DNA of 43,424 bases from a virus (Duplodnaviria; Caudoviricetes). Below, piece after piece: positions 26,167 through 35,771 of this stretch; the first letter of the stretch is position 1; each line of letters opens with the position of its first letter. The DNA lies in IMG/VR virus record IMGVR_UViG_3300020045_010099, positions 1 through 43,424 of that record; one strand, given 5' to 3'. The position numbers were made by a program, and so were the translations under genes. The notes beneath the pieces were generated by a model. The model saw nothing but the letters and a program-made list of their open reading frames with translations, had not been told where the DNA came from and searched no databases.

Positions 26167-26996
26167 TGAAAAGCAATGACATAGTTAATATACACGGTAA
26201 AGATGTTTCTTTGGTAAAGATCGAGGAAGCTTTATTGCAGTTTCCTCAGACAGAGTGCCCAGTAATTCATACATTTGGCCCGGGTGTATACATAAGAGAG
26301 ATCACAATACCAGTTGGGGCTATAGCCATTGGGCAGCACCAAAAGAATGAGCACTTAAACATCTTTTTAAAAGGGAAGTTGTTGATGCTTGATTCAAATG
26401 GTGAAGTTGTGGAAAAAGTTGCTCCTTTGATTTTTACGGGTAGTCCGGGAAAAAAGGTAGGTTATATTTTAGAAACCGTCACATGGTTAAATGTTTATGC
26501 AACTGATGAAACAGATATAGAAATACTAGAGGGTCTTCTCTTCTGTGGGGGACCTAATTTAACAAATTTTACAGTTGTTCCCAAGAGCTCAGATGTAGAT
26601 GCAATTTTGAGTTATTACAAACTGCTTTTTGAGTTAAATCTAACAGAAGAAAATGGGGCCTCAAAATTCGGGTATTCTAAAGAAGTGACGCCTATTCCTT
26701 ATGGAAGTTATAAGTTCAAAATCTCAAAGTCTAATATAGATGGCAAAGGGGTTTTCGCAACGGCAGATTTTTCTGCAGATGAGGTCATTGGCCCATTCAG
26801 TGTATGTGGTGCAGGTACCTGTTTGAGGAAGTTCATAAATCATTCAAGTTCACCGAATGCTGAAGTAGCTGGAGCCTCTGATGCTTTGTATCTTAAAGCG
26901 TTAACAGAAATTAAAGGCAACTTAGGTGGGTTCTCTGTTAATGAGGTAACCATTGATTATAGAGCACTTTTAGTCATAGAGAACCAGGGGGTTTAA
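26163..26996 (+). CDS. Cupin-like domain fused to SET domain (putative protein lysine methyltransferase)
   Basis: N-terminal H.FGPGVYIRE..IP.G...G..H..EH; C-terminal SNIDGKGVFAT, FINHSSSPNA, EVTIDY SET motifs. Confidence 0.8.
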   Translation: MMKSNDIVNIHGKDVSLVKIEEALLQFPQTECPVIHTFGPGVYIREITIPVGAIAIGQHQKNEHLNIFLKGKLLMLDSNGEVVEKVAPLIFTGSPGKKVGYILETVTWLNVYATDETDIEILEGLLFCGGPNLTNFTVVPKSSDVDAILSYYKLLFELNLTEENGASKFGYSKEVTPIPYGSYKFKISKSNIDGKGVFATADFSADEVIGPFSVCGAGTCLRKFINHSSSPNAEVAGASDALYLKALTEIKGNLGGFSVNEVTIDYRALLVIENQGV

Positions 26997-26998
26997 CT

Positions 26999-27856
26999 AT
27001 GTCAGCAATGATAACTGCAGTGGTTGGTAGTGCTGTAATTGGAGCAGGCGCTTCAATATATGCAGGTAATAAAGCTTCAAGTGCTGCCAAAAGTGCGGCA
27101 AAAACACAAGCGGCATCGCAAACTGAAGCTTTAAATTACCTTAAAGAAGTGGAAGCTTTGCCTAGGGAGCTTAGAGAAGGAGCTCTTAAAAAACTGGGGG
27201 GGTTATATGGGTTGGAAGGGGGTGAAGGCAACCAAGCTGATTTAATTAAGATGGCTGAAGAGTCACCCCTGTATAAGAGTCTCATGGGGTCTAAGATGGC
27301 TGGTGAAGAGTCAATATTGCGTAATCAGACAATGACTGGAGGGCTACGGTCTGGCAATACTCAAGACGCATTATACCGATATAATACAGAGTATGATGCA
27401 AGTGCACTGCTTGAGTCTTTTAATGAACAGAAAGCTGGACTAGCTGGGCTATCTGGGCTACCATCTTATGCAACTGAGATAGCTGGCATAACAACGGGTG
27501 TAGGACAGACTCAAGCTGCAGGTATTACTGCGGCTGCTACGGCTGATCAAGCTAAGTACGCCCAACTTACAAAAATAGGAATTGACTTGATATCGCAGTT
27601 GCCAGCGTTAGCGGGTAAAACTGGAACTTCGTATTCTGACAAAAGATTAAAAACAAACATTGTGGTTTTGGAAATTAAGAACAAACTTTCATGGTGTAAA
27701 TGGACATGGAACAATGCTGCTAATAAATTGGGGTTGTTCGGTGAAAGCGCGGGGTACATAGCCAATGAAGTCGCTGAAGTTTTCCCGAATGCAGTCTCTA
27801 TTAAGAACGGGTTTTTAGCGATAGACTATGGCAGACTGGAGGCTTTAAATGGCTAA
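26999..27856 (+). CDS. DNA ejection protein (P22 gp7-like) with C-terminal Peptidase S74-like domain
   Basis: Ala/Gly-rich N-terminus, GEE.ILRN...TGGLRSGNTQ.AL; SDKRLKTNI...GYIANEV...FP.AV...IDY. Confidence 0.8.
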   Translation: MSAMITAVVGSAVIGAGASIYAGNKASSAAKSAAKTQAASQTEALNYLKEVEALPRELREGALKKLGGLYGLEGGEGNQADLIKMAEESPLYKSLMGSKMAGEESILRNQTMTGGLRSGNTQDALYRYNTEYDASALLESFNEQKAGLAGLSGLPSYATEIAGITTGVGQTQAAGITAAATADQAKYAQLTKIGIDLISQLPALAGKTGTSYSDKRLKTNIVVLEIKNKLSWCKWTWNNAANKLGLFGESAGYIANEVAEVFPNAVSIKNGFLAIDYGRLEALNG

Positions 27857-29633
27857 TGAATTCACAGTTATGCCTTTAGGTGGTTTTGATTTAGCATCAC
27901 ATATCAATAAAAATGCAACTAAACTACTGGAAGAGCGAAAACTTGATGTCATGAAAAAAGGGGCCGTTGAAGTATTTAAAACTGAAGACCCTGATAAAAT
28001 TGCAGAATACATGCTTGAAAACCCAGAAATGCAGCAATACTTCAGGGAGGCCGCAAACTTCAAGAATGAGATGACTGAGAAGAATGTAATAGACTCAGAC
28101 ATCGCAATTTTGGAAGGGCAGGATCCTATTGAAGTAGCTAAAAAGCGAGTGAAATTCCTGCAATCACACAATGCTAATTCAAAAGAAAGTGAAGACTTCG
28201 TCCAAAGGTTACTTGATGACCCAAACTATAAGGAGACTGCAAAGAAGGAAGCAGAGTATTCTTTAGCCGTTAGAGCTCCTGAAAAATGGAAAGCCTGGTC
28301 TATGGCTAAATTAAAATCAGCTAAAGTTGATCCTTACAGATATAAGGTTGTTGGGAATGAGGTCGTCGATCTTGCAGCAGACGGCGGGCCCTCTTCTGTA
28401 TTTGCTGGTGCGGTTAAGCCAAATCCAAATCGGTTTAAAACTATGGGCAATCAGTTGATTGATACTGAAGCTGAAGGCGGCCCTCAAGTGGTGTTGACTG
28501 GAACATCTAAAACAGATCCACAAAGGTACAAAGTTGTAGGTAACCAGTTAGTAGATACTGCAGCTGATGGCGGACCCAAAATTATTATACAACAAACGCA
28601 ACAGCCTTTGTCAGCTTTAGGAAAATTGAAGAAGGATATGGAGGGTGGGCTTTTAACACCAGAGGAGTTTACAAAAGCTTCAGCCTCCCTCCTGAATCCT
28701 AAAGATGTATCCAAAGGTGAATTGACCAGGAGAGCGTTGAACGGGGATCCTGAATCAAAAGCTATATTAGATGAAATGTCAAAAGCGGCCGTTAACGAAG
28801 CTAAGGCAAAAGGCAGTGCAGCTGCAACGGGGAAATTTGATGCAATCAGAGAGGCTATGGATGTCAATGGGACGGTTCAAGCCATACTGAAGGGGGAAGA
28901 GATTCTTGACAATGTTAAGAACACATTCGGGGTTCCTCTTCAAGAGATTGTCAGAGCGGGAGTTCTAGCTAAAGAACCAGGTTTCAACTTCAATCAACCT
29001 AGAGCTCGGTACTCTGCTCTTAAGGCTTCTTTGGGGCAGCAAGAAAAGAATCTTGGGGCTATGGGTAGCTTTGTACAAAATATAAATGGTCAGGTCACGA
29101 AGATTGAAGGCATGAGCCGGGATATAGTCAATAGAGTCGGTATTAGAGCACTCGATGTACCCTGGAGAGAGCTTAATACTAGGTTCATAGGCAGTGGTCA
29201 AGAACAAGTGATGGCGGCTTTTATGAAAGAAATATCAGCTGAAATCCAAAAGCTGTCACAAGGGTCTACAGCATCTGTTGCCCTATTACCTGAGACTGGT
29301 AGAAAAGAATGGGAACGCATTCATGATGTTAACTTGCCGCTATCAGAGTTGATTATAGTTTTAAAAGGCACTAGAAATATGGCTAATATCCGACTCAAAT
29401 CTGTTAAAGATGAGAGGGATAGAACCTTAGGCCATCTTGAAAATGTTCGTGATATTAATGTGGCTCCTCCAGCTCCCAGTAGATCAACATCTGGTAAACC
29501 AGTTTCTAGTAAACCAACTTCTGGTAAACCCGTTATTACCATTTTATCTCCAGATGACCCAGCATATAAAACGCTTCAACCTGGTGATTCATATATATTT
29601 AATGGTAAACCGTACACCAAAGGACAACACTAA
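27849..29633 (+). CDS. DNA ejection protein (gp20 position)
   Basis: Synteny; helical charged protein with three internal 31-aa repeats. Confidence 0.6.
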   Translation: MANEFTVMPLGGFDLASHINKNATKLLEERKLDVMKKGAVEVFKTEDPDKIAEYMLENPEMQQYFREAANFKNEMTEKNVIDSDIAILEGQDPIEVAKKRVKFLQSHNANSKESEDFVQRLLDDPNYKETAKKEAEYSLAVRAPEKWKAWSMAKLKSAKVDPYRYKVVGNEVVDLAADGGPSSVFAGAVKPNPNRFKTMGNQLIDTEAEGGPQVVLTGTSKTDPQRYKVVGNQLVDTAADGGPKIIIQQTQQPLSALGKLKKDMEGGLLTPEEFTKASASLLNPKDVSKGELTRRALNGDPESKAILDEMSKAAVNEAKAKGSAAATGKFDAIREAMDVNGTVQAILKGEEILDNVKNTFGVPLQEIVRAGVLAKEPGFNFNQPRARYSALKASLGQQEKNLGAMGSFVQNINGQVTKIEGMSRDIVNRVGIRALDVPWRELNTRFIGSGQEQVMAAFMKEISAEIQKLSQGSTASVALLPETGRKEWERIHDVNLPLSELIIVLKGTRNMANIRLKSVKDERDRTLGHLENVRDINVAPPAPSRSTSGKPVSSKPTSGKPVITILSPDDPAYKTLQPGDSYIFNGKPYTKGQH

Positions 29634-31426
29634 TGCCAATAAATATCTTTGGTGATGAAGAGACTTCTGAAGCTGTTGAAACCATGATTTCAGAAAATCC
29701 TGATAGCTTAAACCTCTTTGGGGACCCTGAAGTTATCGAAGAGGTCGCTAAGGACGGTTTGAGTTATGGGGATTCAGAAGACTTAAGTTATGGAACTTCA
29801 GAAGAACCAGAAGATGAGTTTAGTAGGCGTACTACTCCTGATCCATTAAACTTAAACGCTGGACAAAGTAGGACGCAACAGTTATTTAAGTCATTTGCTG
29901 ATGTTGCATCAGATATAGGTCGAGTGTACCCAGTGGCAGAAGCTGCTGCTAATATAACGTCTTCTACGTGGGGCTTGCCTCTTTCAGGTCTAGCAGGTTT
30001 AATAGCTACGGAAATTTCATCTGTTGCGAACCTTGATATAGATAAAGGATTGAAGTTTGGAGATAAAGTTAGACGGAATGCAGAAGACTTCCTTGTTTAC
30101 CAGCCTAAAACTGAGAGGGGCCAAAAGTTTACTGAATCTTTAGTATCACCAATGGCCGCTTACAATGATATTGCTGGATCTATTGCACAGAGAATTGATG
30201 ACGCAGGTAATCCAGCTACTGCTGCTGTTGTTAAAACGGGCATACAATTTCTTCCTACTTTAATAAGTGGAAGGGCTATGTTAAGGCAAGTCAAAGCCTC
30301 TTTGCCCAGTGAAATTTCTGCTGAATATTCTCGGACGATTAGCAAAGGATTGAAGAAAGGCGTTAATATCAATCCTAAAGCAAAACAATATAGTAGTATT
30401 GTGAAGTTCGACGAGCAGGGAGAACTAGCAATTACTAAAATCATAGAAAACAAAAACCGATTAGGGTTAACTGATAAGTATAATGAGGTAGTAGAAGGAC
30501 TGCCAAATGACTTACCGCAGTTTGCCCAAGCTATCGAGAATACTAAAGGTCTTATCTATGAAGATATAGCAACTCTACTAAAGCAAACAGAAGAGGGTAG
30601 TGCGAGTACCCGACCTACTAAATTTTTGCTCAAAGACCCTATGGCCCCTAATGAGCGTATAGTTCCCGGGGGCGTGACAAGGCCCACTGCTATTGGCACT
30701 AAATTTGAAGTAGACTTAAATAAAACTGCGGCCAAGCTTGATGAGTTAATGGATAATGATGCTATTCGACGGTTTGCTCCTGAGACTATTAAGTATGCAG
30801 CCGAAAGAAAAGAATTTCTTTTGGATCGGGGTGGTAAACAGGGAGCTACTGATGCGCATAATTCCATTAAAATATTAAACCAGACATTGGATCATTACTA
30901 TCGAGATCCTACTCCTGCATTAAAAGGCAAAGCTCTTGTCGATGCCTTTATAGCAGATGATATGAGAACACAACTGGACACTATAGTGAATAGTGCAACT
31001 GATACACGTCTTGCTCCTCTTCAAGAAGCTTATGGCGCTCTTAAGGTTATTGAACCACATGTCAATAAAAAAGTTCTTCAAGAGGCCAGAAAGTCTGGTA
31101 GGGGTATACTGGATTTAGCTAATATAAGTTCTGTTGGGCATGTAGTCAAGGGATTGATGTCCCATGAACCCGCAACTGTTGCAGCTGGCGTTGCGACTAA
31201 AGCTATGGTTTCCGGATATAAATTACTCGTAGATCCTAATAGACAAGTTAAACGCATGTTCAAAAATGCTGACGATTTGCTTGACAAACACGGGGTGGGG
31301 TTTCAAAGGCCTCTTTCCAAAAAAAGTCCTGTTTCCGAAGATATTCAAAAACGTTATGAATCTGGCAATTTAACCCCTGATCAAGTAAAGGCATTCATGG
31401 AATTACGTAAGCGTGGTAAATTATAA
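29633..31426 (+). CDS. DNA ejection protein (gp16 position)
   Basis: Synteny; acidic N-terminus, YQPKTERGQ, helical. Confidence 0.6.
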   Translation: MPINIFGDEETSEAVETMISENPDSLNLFGDPEVIEEVAKDGLSYGDSEDLSYGTSEEPEDEFSRRTTPDPLNLNAGQSRTQQLFKSFADVASDIGRVYPVAEAAANITSSTWGLPLSGLAGLIATEISSVANLDIDKGLKFGDKVRRNAEDFLVYQPKTERGQKFTESLVSPMAAYNDIAGSIAQRIDDAGNPATAAVVKTGIQFLPTLISGRAMLRQVKASLPSEISAEYSRTISKGLKKGVNINPKAKQYSSIVKFDEQGELAITKIIENKNRLGLTDKYNEVVEGLPNDLPQFAQAIENTKGLIYEDIATLLKQTEEGSASTRPTKFLLKDPMAPNERIVPGGVTRPTAIGTKFEVDLNKTAAKLDELMDNDAIRRFAPETIKYAAERKEFLLDRGGKQGATDAHNSIKILNQTLDHYYRDPTPALKGKALVDAFIADDMRTQLDTIVNSATDTRLAPLQEAYGALKVIEPHVNKKVLQEARKSGRGILDLANISSVGHVVKGLMSHEPATVAAGVATKAMVSGYKLLVDPNRQVKRMFKNADDLLDKHGVGFQRPLSKKSPVSEDIQKRYESGNLTPDQVKAFMELRKRGKL

Positions 31427-31437
31427 GGAGATTCCCA

Positions 31438-33636
31438 ATGTTAAATGAAGTTAAACTCGGACCGACATATATCCCACTAGTAAGTCAAAATAAAGCTGCT
31501 GCATTAGCTAGAGTTTATGTTGGGCATCCAGATACAGATCCTGTTGTAGTATCCAATCAGAAAACTCTGTATGCACTACAGGAGAGCGGAGTAGTTGTTG
31601 CGGTCACCCAGCCTATCTATACCAGCGTAGGTGGAGTACCCTTATATATGGGGTCTCCAGTTACTCTTTTGGTAGATGGCGCCTATTCTATGCGGGTTCT
31701 AGATTCAACGGGGGCTCAAGTGTACTTTGTGCCTATAAGTGTGAATGGCCAGTCTTCAAACCTAAGTTATTGGCTTTCTGATTATGACGCCCTTGCAGAT
31801 GCTTTAACTGATATTGGGACAACTAATGCTACTTTTACCATTGATAAAGCACTGGCACTTGTTGCCGGTACAACTTTTCCTGCAACGCTGACAACGAAGA
31901 TCCTGCCGGGGGCTGTAATAAGCGGAGCCTTTACACTTACGCCCCAAGGGTATTTTGAAGGATCTGAGGGGTGTATTGATTCGACTGTGACCTGTGATTT
32001 TTCAGGCGTAAAAAATGCTGTAGATGCAGAATGGTTTTCCTCTCTTGAAAAAGCCCAAGAAGCCAATGCTCCCCATTTGAGAATCAATAAAGAATGGTCA
32101 ATTTCGGCTGTTGTGGACTTTGACGCAAATAATACAAAGATAGAATTTTCAAATCTTGGCAAAATTTCGACAACTGATGACACTGTTGATGGAATTAAAA
32201 TAAGCGGCAATGGCTGCTCGGTTATCAACCCGGTTATGCAGGGGCCAGGGACATTCGTTCAAGACAACTCATCTGATGCAGCTTTAATAAGAGTGACAGG
32301 CGATGATGTTGAAATTTCAGGCGGGAGATTGACCAACCCACCAACAGCGGGGGTTCATGTAGAAAGTGCGGATCGGGCGAACATTCACCACCTGAATATT
32401 AATGGAGGGATTGCGGCCAAAACAAGCACTTTCCATTTTGGGGTAAAAATTGAAGAATCGATAGGCTCAAAGGTAACGAATTGCGTAATCAAAGATTGCG
32501 TTCAAGGAGTAAAAAATTCACAGACCATAACAAACCGTCATACAGAAGTGGCGAATAATTATATTCAAGACTGTTTCGACCATGCGATATATGGAGGGGG
32601 AACCTACGAAAATTTTCATCATAATCAGATTTACCACTCAAGAACCGGTGCCGGGACAGCGATCATTGGACAAGAGAGCTATGGGAACTACTCGGACAAC
32701 GAGATATATTCGGTAGATGGCGGGATTTCTGTACGAGATGCTATAGGTGCAAGGGCCAACAATAATTCCATCATTATAACTACCTCTGTCGGAACAGTTT
32801 TGCCGATAGGCATTAAGATGGGCCGGAATACAGACGGAGACGTTCAATATTGTAATGTCACCGGGAATACGATTTTGTTTAATGGGACCGACTCTTCCGA
32901 CGGGATACTCTTCCAGGCTTCAGGCGCAACCAACACGGTGGATTATTGTTCAGTAAACAACAATACCATATACAAGGCTAACCAGACCGGAGGGAACGCT
33001 GCTATATATCTCTGTTCGATTGGTGAAGGTCAGCAAAACCATATTACAGGGAATATAATTGACTCACCAGAAGATAACGGGATTGAAACTCTTTATATTA
33101 AAAACTCAATTATTTCATACAATACGATAAAAAATGCCAATATCAGGCAGATGCAATTGATTGACACGGCGTTTACTACAGTAGCTCATAACATATTTCT
33201 GGACGAAGCTGGTAGCGTTTCGACCTCTGGAATATTGGAAACGGATTCCACGGATGTGTGCCATGGCAACAGATACCTGTTTAATTCCTTCCTGATGACC
33301 GGCCTTGCAGGATCGGCCAAGATCAATACGACTTCCTCTGATTTTTCGTATATGGCTGATATTAACGGAAAGTCCTTCACGGCAACAGGAACGACCACAG
33401 CGTTTTATCTGACCGATGGGACCACGCTATTTTTTGACCCTGCTGGAACTACTGGTAGAAATTTTGATCCGACCGGAGACTTCCCTGTTGGTTACACGGT
33501 AGTTGTAGTTAACACTGCCGATGCGGCTGAAACTCTGGATTTTAACAGCACTGGAATCAACCAGGCCGTGGCACAGAACGAGAGAGCAACCTTCGCATTT
33601 AACGGAACGGCGTGGGTGCTTGTGAATTTAGATTAA
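31438..33636 (+). CDS. Tailspike: P22-like head-binding domain + right-handed beta helix
   Basis: VYVG.PDTDP...NQ...QPI.T..GG.P.Y.G...DG.YSM.V.D..GAQ..Y head-binding motif; Asn/Ile-rich beta-helix repeats. Confidence 0.9.
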   Translation: MLNEVKLGPTYIPLVSQNKAAALARVYVGHPDTDPVVVSNQKTLYALQESGVVVAVTQPIYTSVGGVPLYMGSPVTLLVDGAYSMRVLDSTGAQVYFVPISVNGQSSNLSYWLSDYDALADALTDIGTTNATFTIDKALALVAGTTFPATLTTKILPGAVISGAFTLTPQGYFEGSEGCIDSTVTCDFSGVKNAVDAEWFSSLEKAQEANAPHLRINKEWSISAVVDFDANNTKIEFSNLGKISTTDDTVDGIKISGNGCSVINPVMQGPGTFVQDNSSDAALIRVTGDDVEISGGRLTNPPTAGVHVESADRANIHHLNINGGIAAKTSTFHFGVKIEESIGSKVTNCVIKDCVQGVKNSQTITNRHTEVANNYIQDCFDHAIYGGGTYENFHHNQIYHSRTGAGTAIIGQESYGNYSDNEIYSVDGGISVRDAIGARANNNSIIITTSVGTVLPIGIKMGRNTDGDVQYCNVTGNTILFNGTDSSDGILFQASGATNTVDYCSVNNNTIYKANQTGGNAAIYLCSIGEGQQNHITGNIIDSPEDNGIETLYIKNSIISYNTIKNANIRQMQLIDTAFTTVAHNIFLDEAGSVSTSGILETDSTDVCHGNRYLFNSFLMTGLAGSAKINTTSSDFSYMADINGKSFTATGTTTAFYLTDGTTLFFDPAGTTGRNFDPTGDFPVGYTVVVVNTADAAETLDFNSTGINQAVAQNERATFAFNGTAWVLVNLD

Positions 33637-33659
33637 ACCATTAAACTTGGAGTAGCGGA

Positions 33660-33917
33660 ATGGCAAACATGGAATACGAGATTGATGAATACTCATTCAA
33701 AAGCATGAGCCAGGCTGATCAAAACTACATGCTTTACCGAACATTCAATTCTCATAGGTCGGCCTGTGATTCTCGTATCTGTGAAATCGAAAAACAGCTT
33801 GATGGAATTAAAAAGCTGAAAACCCGCTTGCTCTATCTTGCGTCAGGATTTGGGATTGCCGGAGGCGCCGGAGCGTCAATTTCTTTAAGAGATATTTTTG
33901 ACAGGTTTTTTAAATGA
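33660..33917 (+). CDS. Putative holin-like membrane protein
   Basis: Coiled coil then hydrophobic Gly-rich segment; directly upstream of the cell wall hydrolase. Confidence 0.5.
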   Translation: MANMEYEIDEYSFKSMSQADQNYMLYRTFNSHRSACDSRICEIEKQLDGIKKLKTRLLYLASGFGIAGGAGASISLRDIFDRFFK

Positions 33918-34315
33918 AACTCGAAGACCTCCCAGACAAAGAACTCATGGCCCGGATTATTTGGGGCGAGGCTCGCAACCAGGGGCATCTTGGTAAGCAG
34001 GCAGTTGGTAATGTGATTATGAACCGTCTGAATGACCCGAAGAAGCGATTCGGGAAAACAATGCATGAGGTTATGCTGAAGCCTTTCGCCTTTTCGTGTC
34101 TGAATAAAAACGACTCGAATTTAAAATTGATTCTGGCCGGACCAAAAGACAAGGCAATGACCTATTGTGACCATACCCATGAAGAGCTTTGTCCAAAAGT
34201 TAGGATCGCGGTTGATGGAACGGTGAAGATAGATAGGGGAATCAGCATTGACACAGAGTTGTGGTGGTGGAACAGACTTACGGGGGTAAGGCAAAATTCA
34301 AAAATCAAAGATTAA
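33914..34315 (+). CDS. SleB/Hydrolase_2 family cell wall hydrolase, apparently C-terminally truncated
   Basis: MARIIWGEARNQ...AVGNVIMNR...EV..KP.AFSC; usual GA.HY and G.H.FY motifs absent. Confidence 0.75.
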   Translation: MKLEDLPDKELMARIIWGEARNQGHLGKQAVGNVIMNRLNDPKKRFGKTMHEVMLKPFAFSCLNKNDSNLKLILAGPKDKAMTYCDHTHEELCPKVRIAVDGTVKIDRGISIDTELWWWNRLTGVRQNSKIKD

Positions 34316-34385
34316 ATATTTTGACGTAGGCCCATACCCGGCATATTTCGGCTTTGCGACTGATGAGAAATCATTTGACGCTGAA

Positions 34386-34685
34386 ATGAAAAGATTAAAA
34401 ATGCCTGACACACTTTTTGTTAATTGCGGAGCAGGCGCGACAACACATAGCTTTGAACAAAATGGAGAGATAACCGTTATCGTCGCAATTAAAGAATGGG
34501 AGAAGCATGAACTTTATGAAGTACTTGGCTTACTGGTTCATGAGGCCGTTCATGTTTGGCAAGAGATTTTAGATTTTATTGGAGAGCGTGGTAAGACTGG
34601 GAACGAGATTGAGGCTTATCATATCCAAACCATAGCTCAAAGCATGATCGGCGTGATGTTAAAGAAATGGAAGGGCAAGAAATAA
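34386..34685 (+). CDS. Hypothetical protein with HExxH motif
   Basis: LLVHEAVHVWQ...EIEAY; frame is open upstream to 34290 without an ATG. Confidence 0.7.
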   Translation: MKRLKMPDTLFVNCGAGATTHSFEQNGEITVIVAIKEWEKHELYEVLGLLVHEAVHVWQEILDFIGERGKTGNEIEAYHIQTIAQSMIGVMLKKWKGKK

Positions 34686-34748
34686 ACCCCTTGACTGGCG
34701 TGGGTTTGATGGCCGTGTAGAATCAACGACAAGGCACGATCTTTTTAA

Positions 34749-34997
34749 ATGAAGGGTACGGCAAGCATGGAACAGCGAGATGAAAAGTGGGTTGACACAA
34801 AACAAATGTTGCCTCCATATTTAGAGCCTGTTTTGGTTTGGAACGGTGTTAAAATAGGGGTGGCTTATTACGGCATTATTAATGGCTGGGTAGCCTGTGT
34901 TTCTCAATATAGTTCACAAAAAATAGTTGCATGGAGGCACTTGCCTCCTGAGCCAAGTGATGACGGGCATGAGCATGGATCAGGTCCTGAAAATTAA
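34749..34997 (+). CDS. DUF551-like protein
   Basis: KWV....LP....VLVW...WRHLPPEP. Confidence 0.65.
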   Translation: MKGTASMEQRDEKWVDTKQMLPPYLEPVLVWNGVKIGVAYYGIINGWVACVSQYSSQKIVAWRHLPPEPSDDGHEHGSGPEN

Positions 34998-35078
34998 AAT
35001 GTGGATTTATGACCGGCTTGGCTGCTTGATTAAAACAGTTTTTGATAAAATAATGGGGTTTGGCCCTGGGAGGATAAG

Positions 35079-35336
35079 ATGAAATACAGAAAAAAACCAG
35101 TAGTAATAGACGCGATTCAGTTTTATCCGTCTATGCCAATTTTCCAAATTTCCAACTTATTTGGCGGATTAAACTCAAATAATCAGACGTTTGAAAAAAA
35201 AGAGGATGTTTTAATAATTAAAACACTTGAGGGTGATATGATTTGTCAAGCTGGTGACTGGATCATCAAAGGTGTTAAGGGCGAGTTTTATCCCTGCAAG
35301 CCGGATATTTTTGAGGCTACTTATGAACTGGCATAA
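35079..35336 (+). CDS. Conserved small phage protein (KYRKKPVVI family)
   Basis: KYRKKPVVIDAIQ...IKTLEG.M....GDWIIKGVKGEFYPCKPDIF..TY. Confidence 0.85.
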   Translation: MKYRKKPVVIDAIQFYPSMPIFQISNLFGGLNSNNQTFEKKEDVLIIKTLEGDMICQAGDWIIKGVKGEFYPCKPDIFEATYELA

Positions 35337-35366
35337 AATAATGGGGTTTGGGCCAGGGAGGATGAG

Positions 35367-35561
35367 ATGAAAAAGCTTTTGTGCAAAATATTAGGCCACT
35401 CATTCAAAGTTTATGCGAGACCGAAAGAACCATGGGGAAAAGGAATCCGCTGGATAAGATGTTCCAGATGCCATAAAGACTTTGTAATCAATGATCGTGT
35501 TAGAACTTTACTGCCAATGGATTTTGAATTGAAAGATATGCATGAATGGAAGTTAGTATAA
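35367..35561 (+). CDS. Small Zn-binding protein (DUF1660-like)
   Basis: LLCKILGH...CSRC. Confidence 0.65.
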   Translation: MKKLLCKILGHSFKVYARPKEPWGKGIRWIRCSRCHKDFVINDRVRTLLPMDFELKDMHEWKLV

Positions 35562-35578
35562 AATAATGGGGTTCGACT

Positions 35579-35755
35579 ATGAAAGAACTCGAAGATAGAA
35601 TCCAGAGAAAACGAGAACGAAAAATGATAAACCCTGAGCCACGGTATGACGAGGTGTTTTTCCAGGGGCTTGATGAACTGGATAAAATCTCAAGTGTAGA
35701 TATGCCACCAGAGTTTTCAAAGACGGTTGATGATAATTTTTGGGAACTTATATGA
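35579..35755 (+). CDS. Hypothetical protein (58 aa, not in ORF track)
   Basis: Read by hand: MKELEDRIQRK...PPEFSKTVDDNFWELI; follows the third repeat. Confidence 0.55.
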   Translation: MKELEDRIQRKRERKMINPEPRYDEVFFQGLDELDKISSVDMPPEFSKTVDDNFWELI

Positions 35756-35771
35756 CTGAAAGGATTTTAGA

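Larger units (their letters stand above)
35045..35573 (+). repeat. Three intergenic direct repeats at gene boundaries
   Basis: ATAAAATAATGGGGTT at 35045, 35333, 35558; first two match over 40 nt with 3 mismatches including SD and ATG. Confidence 0.85.
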
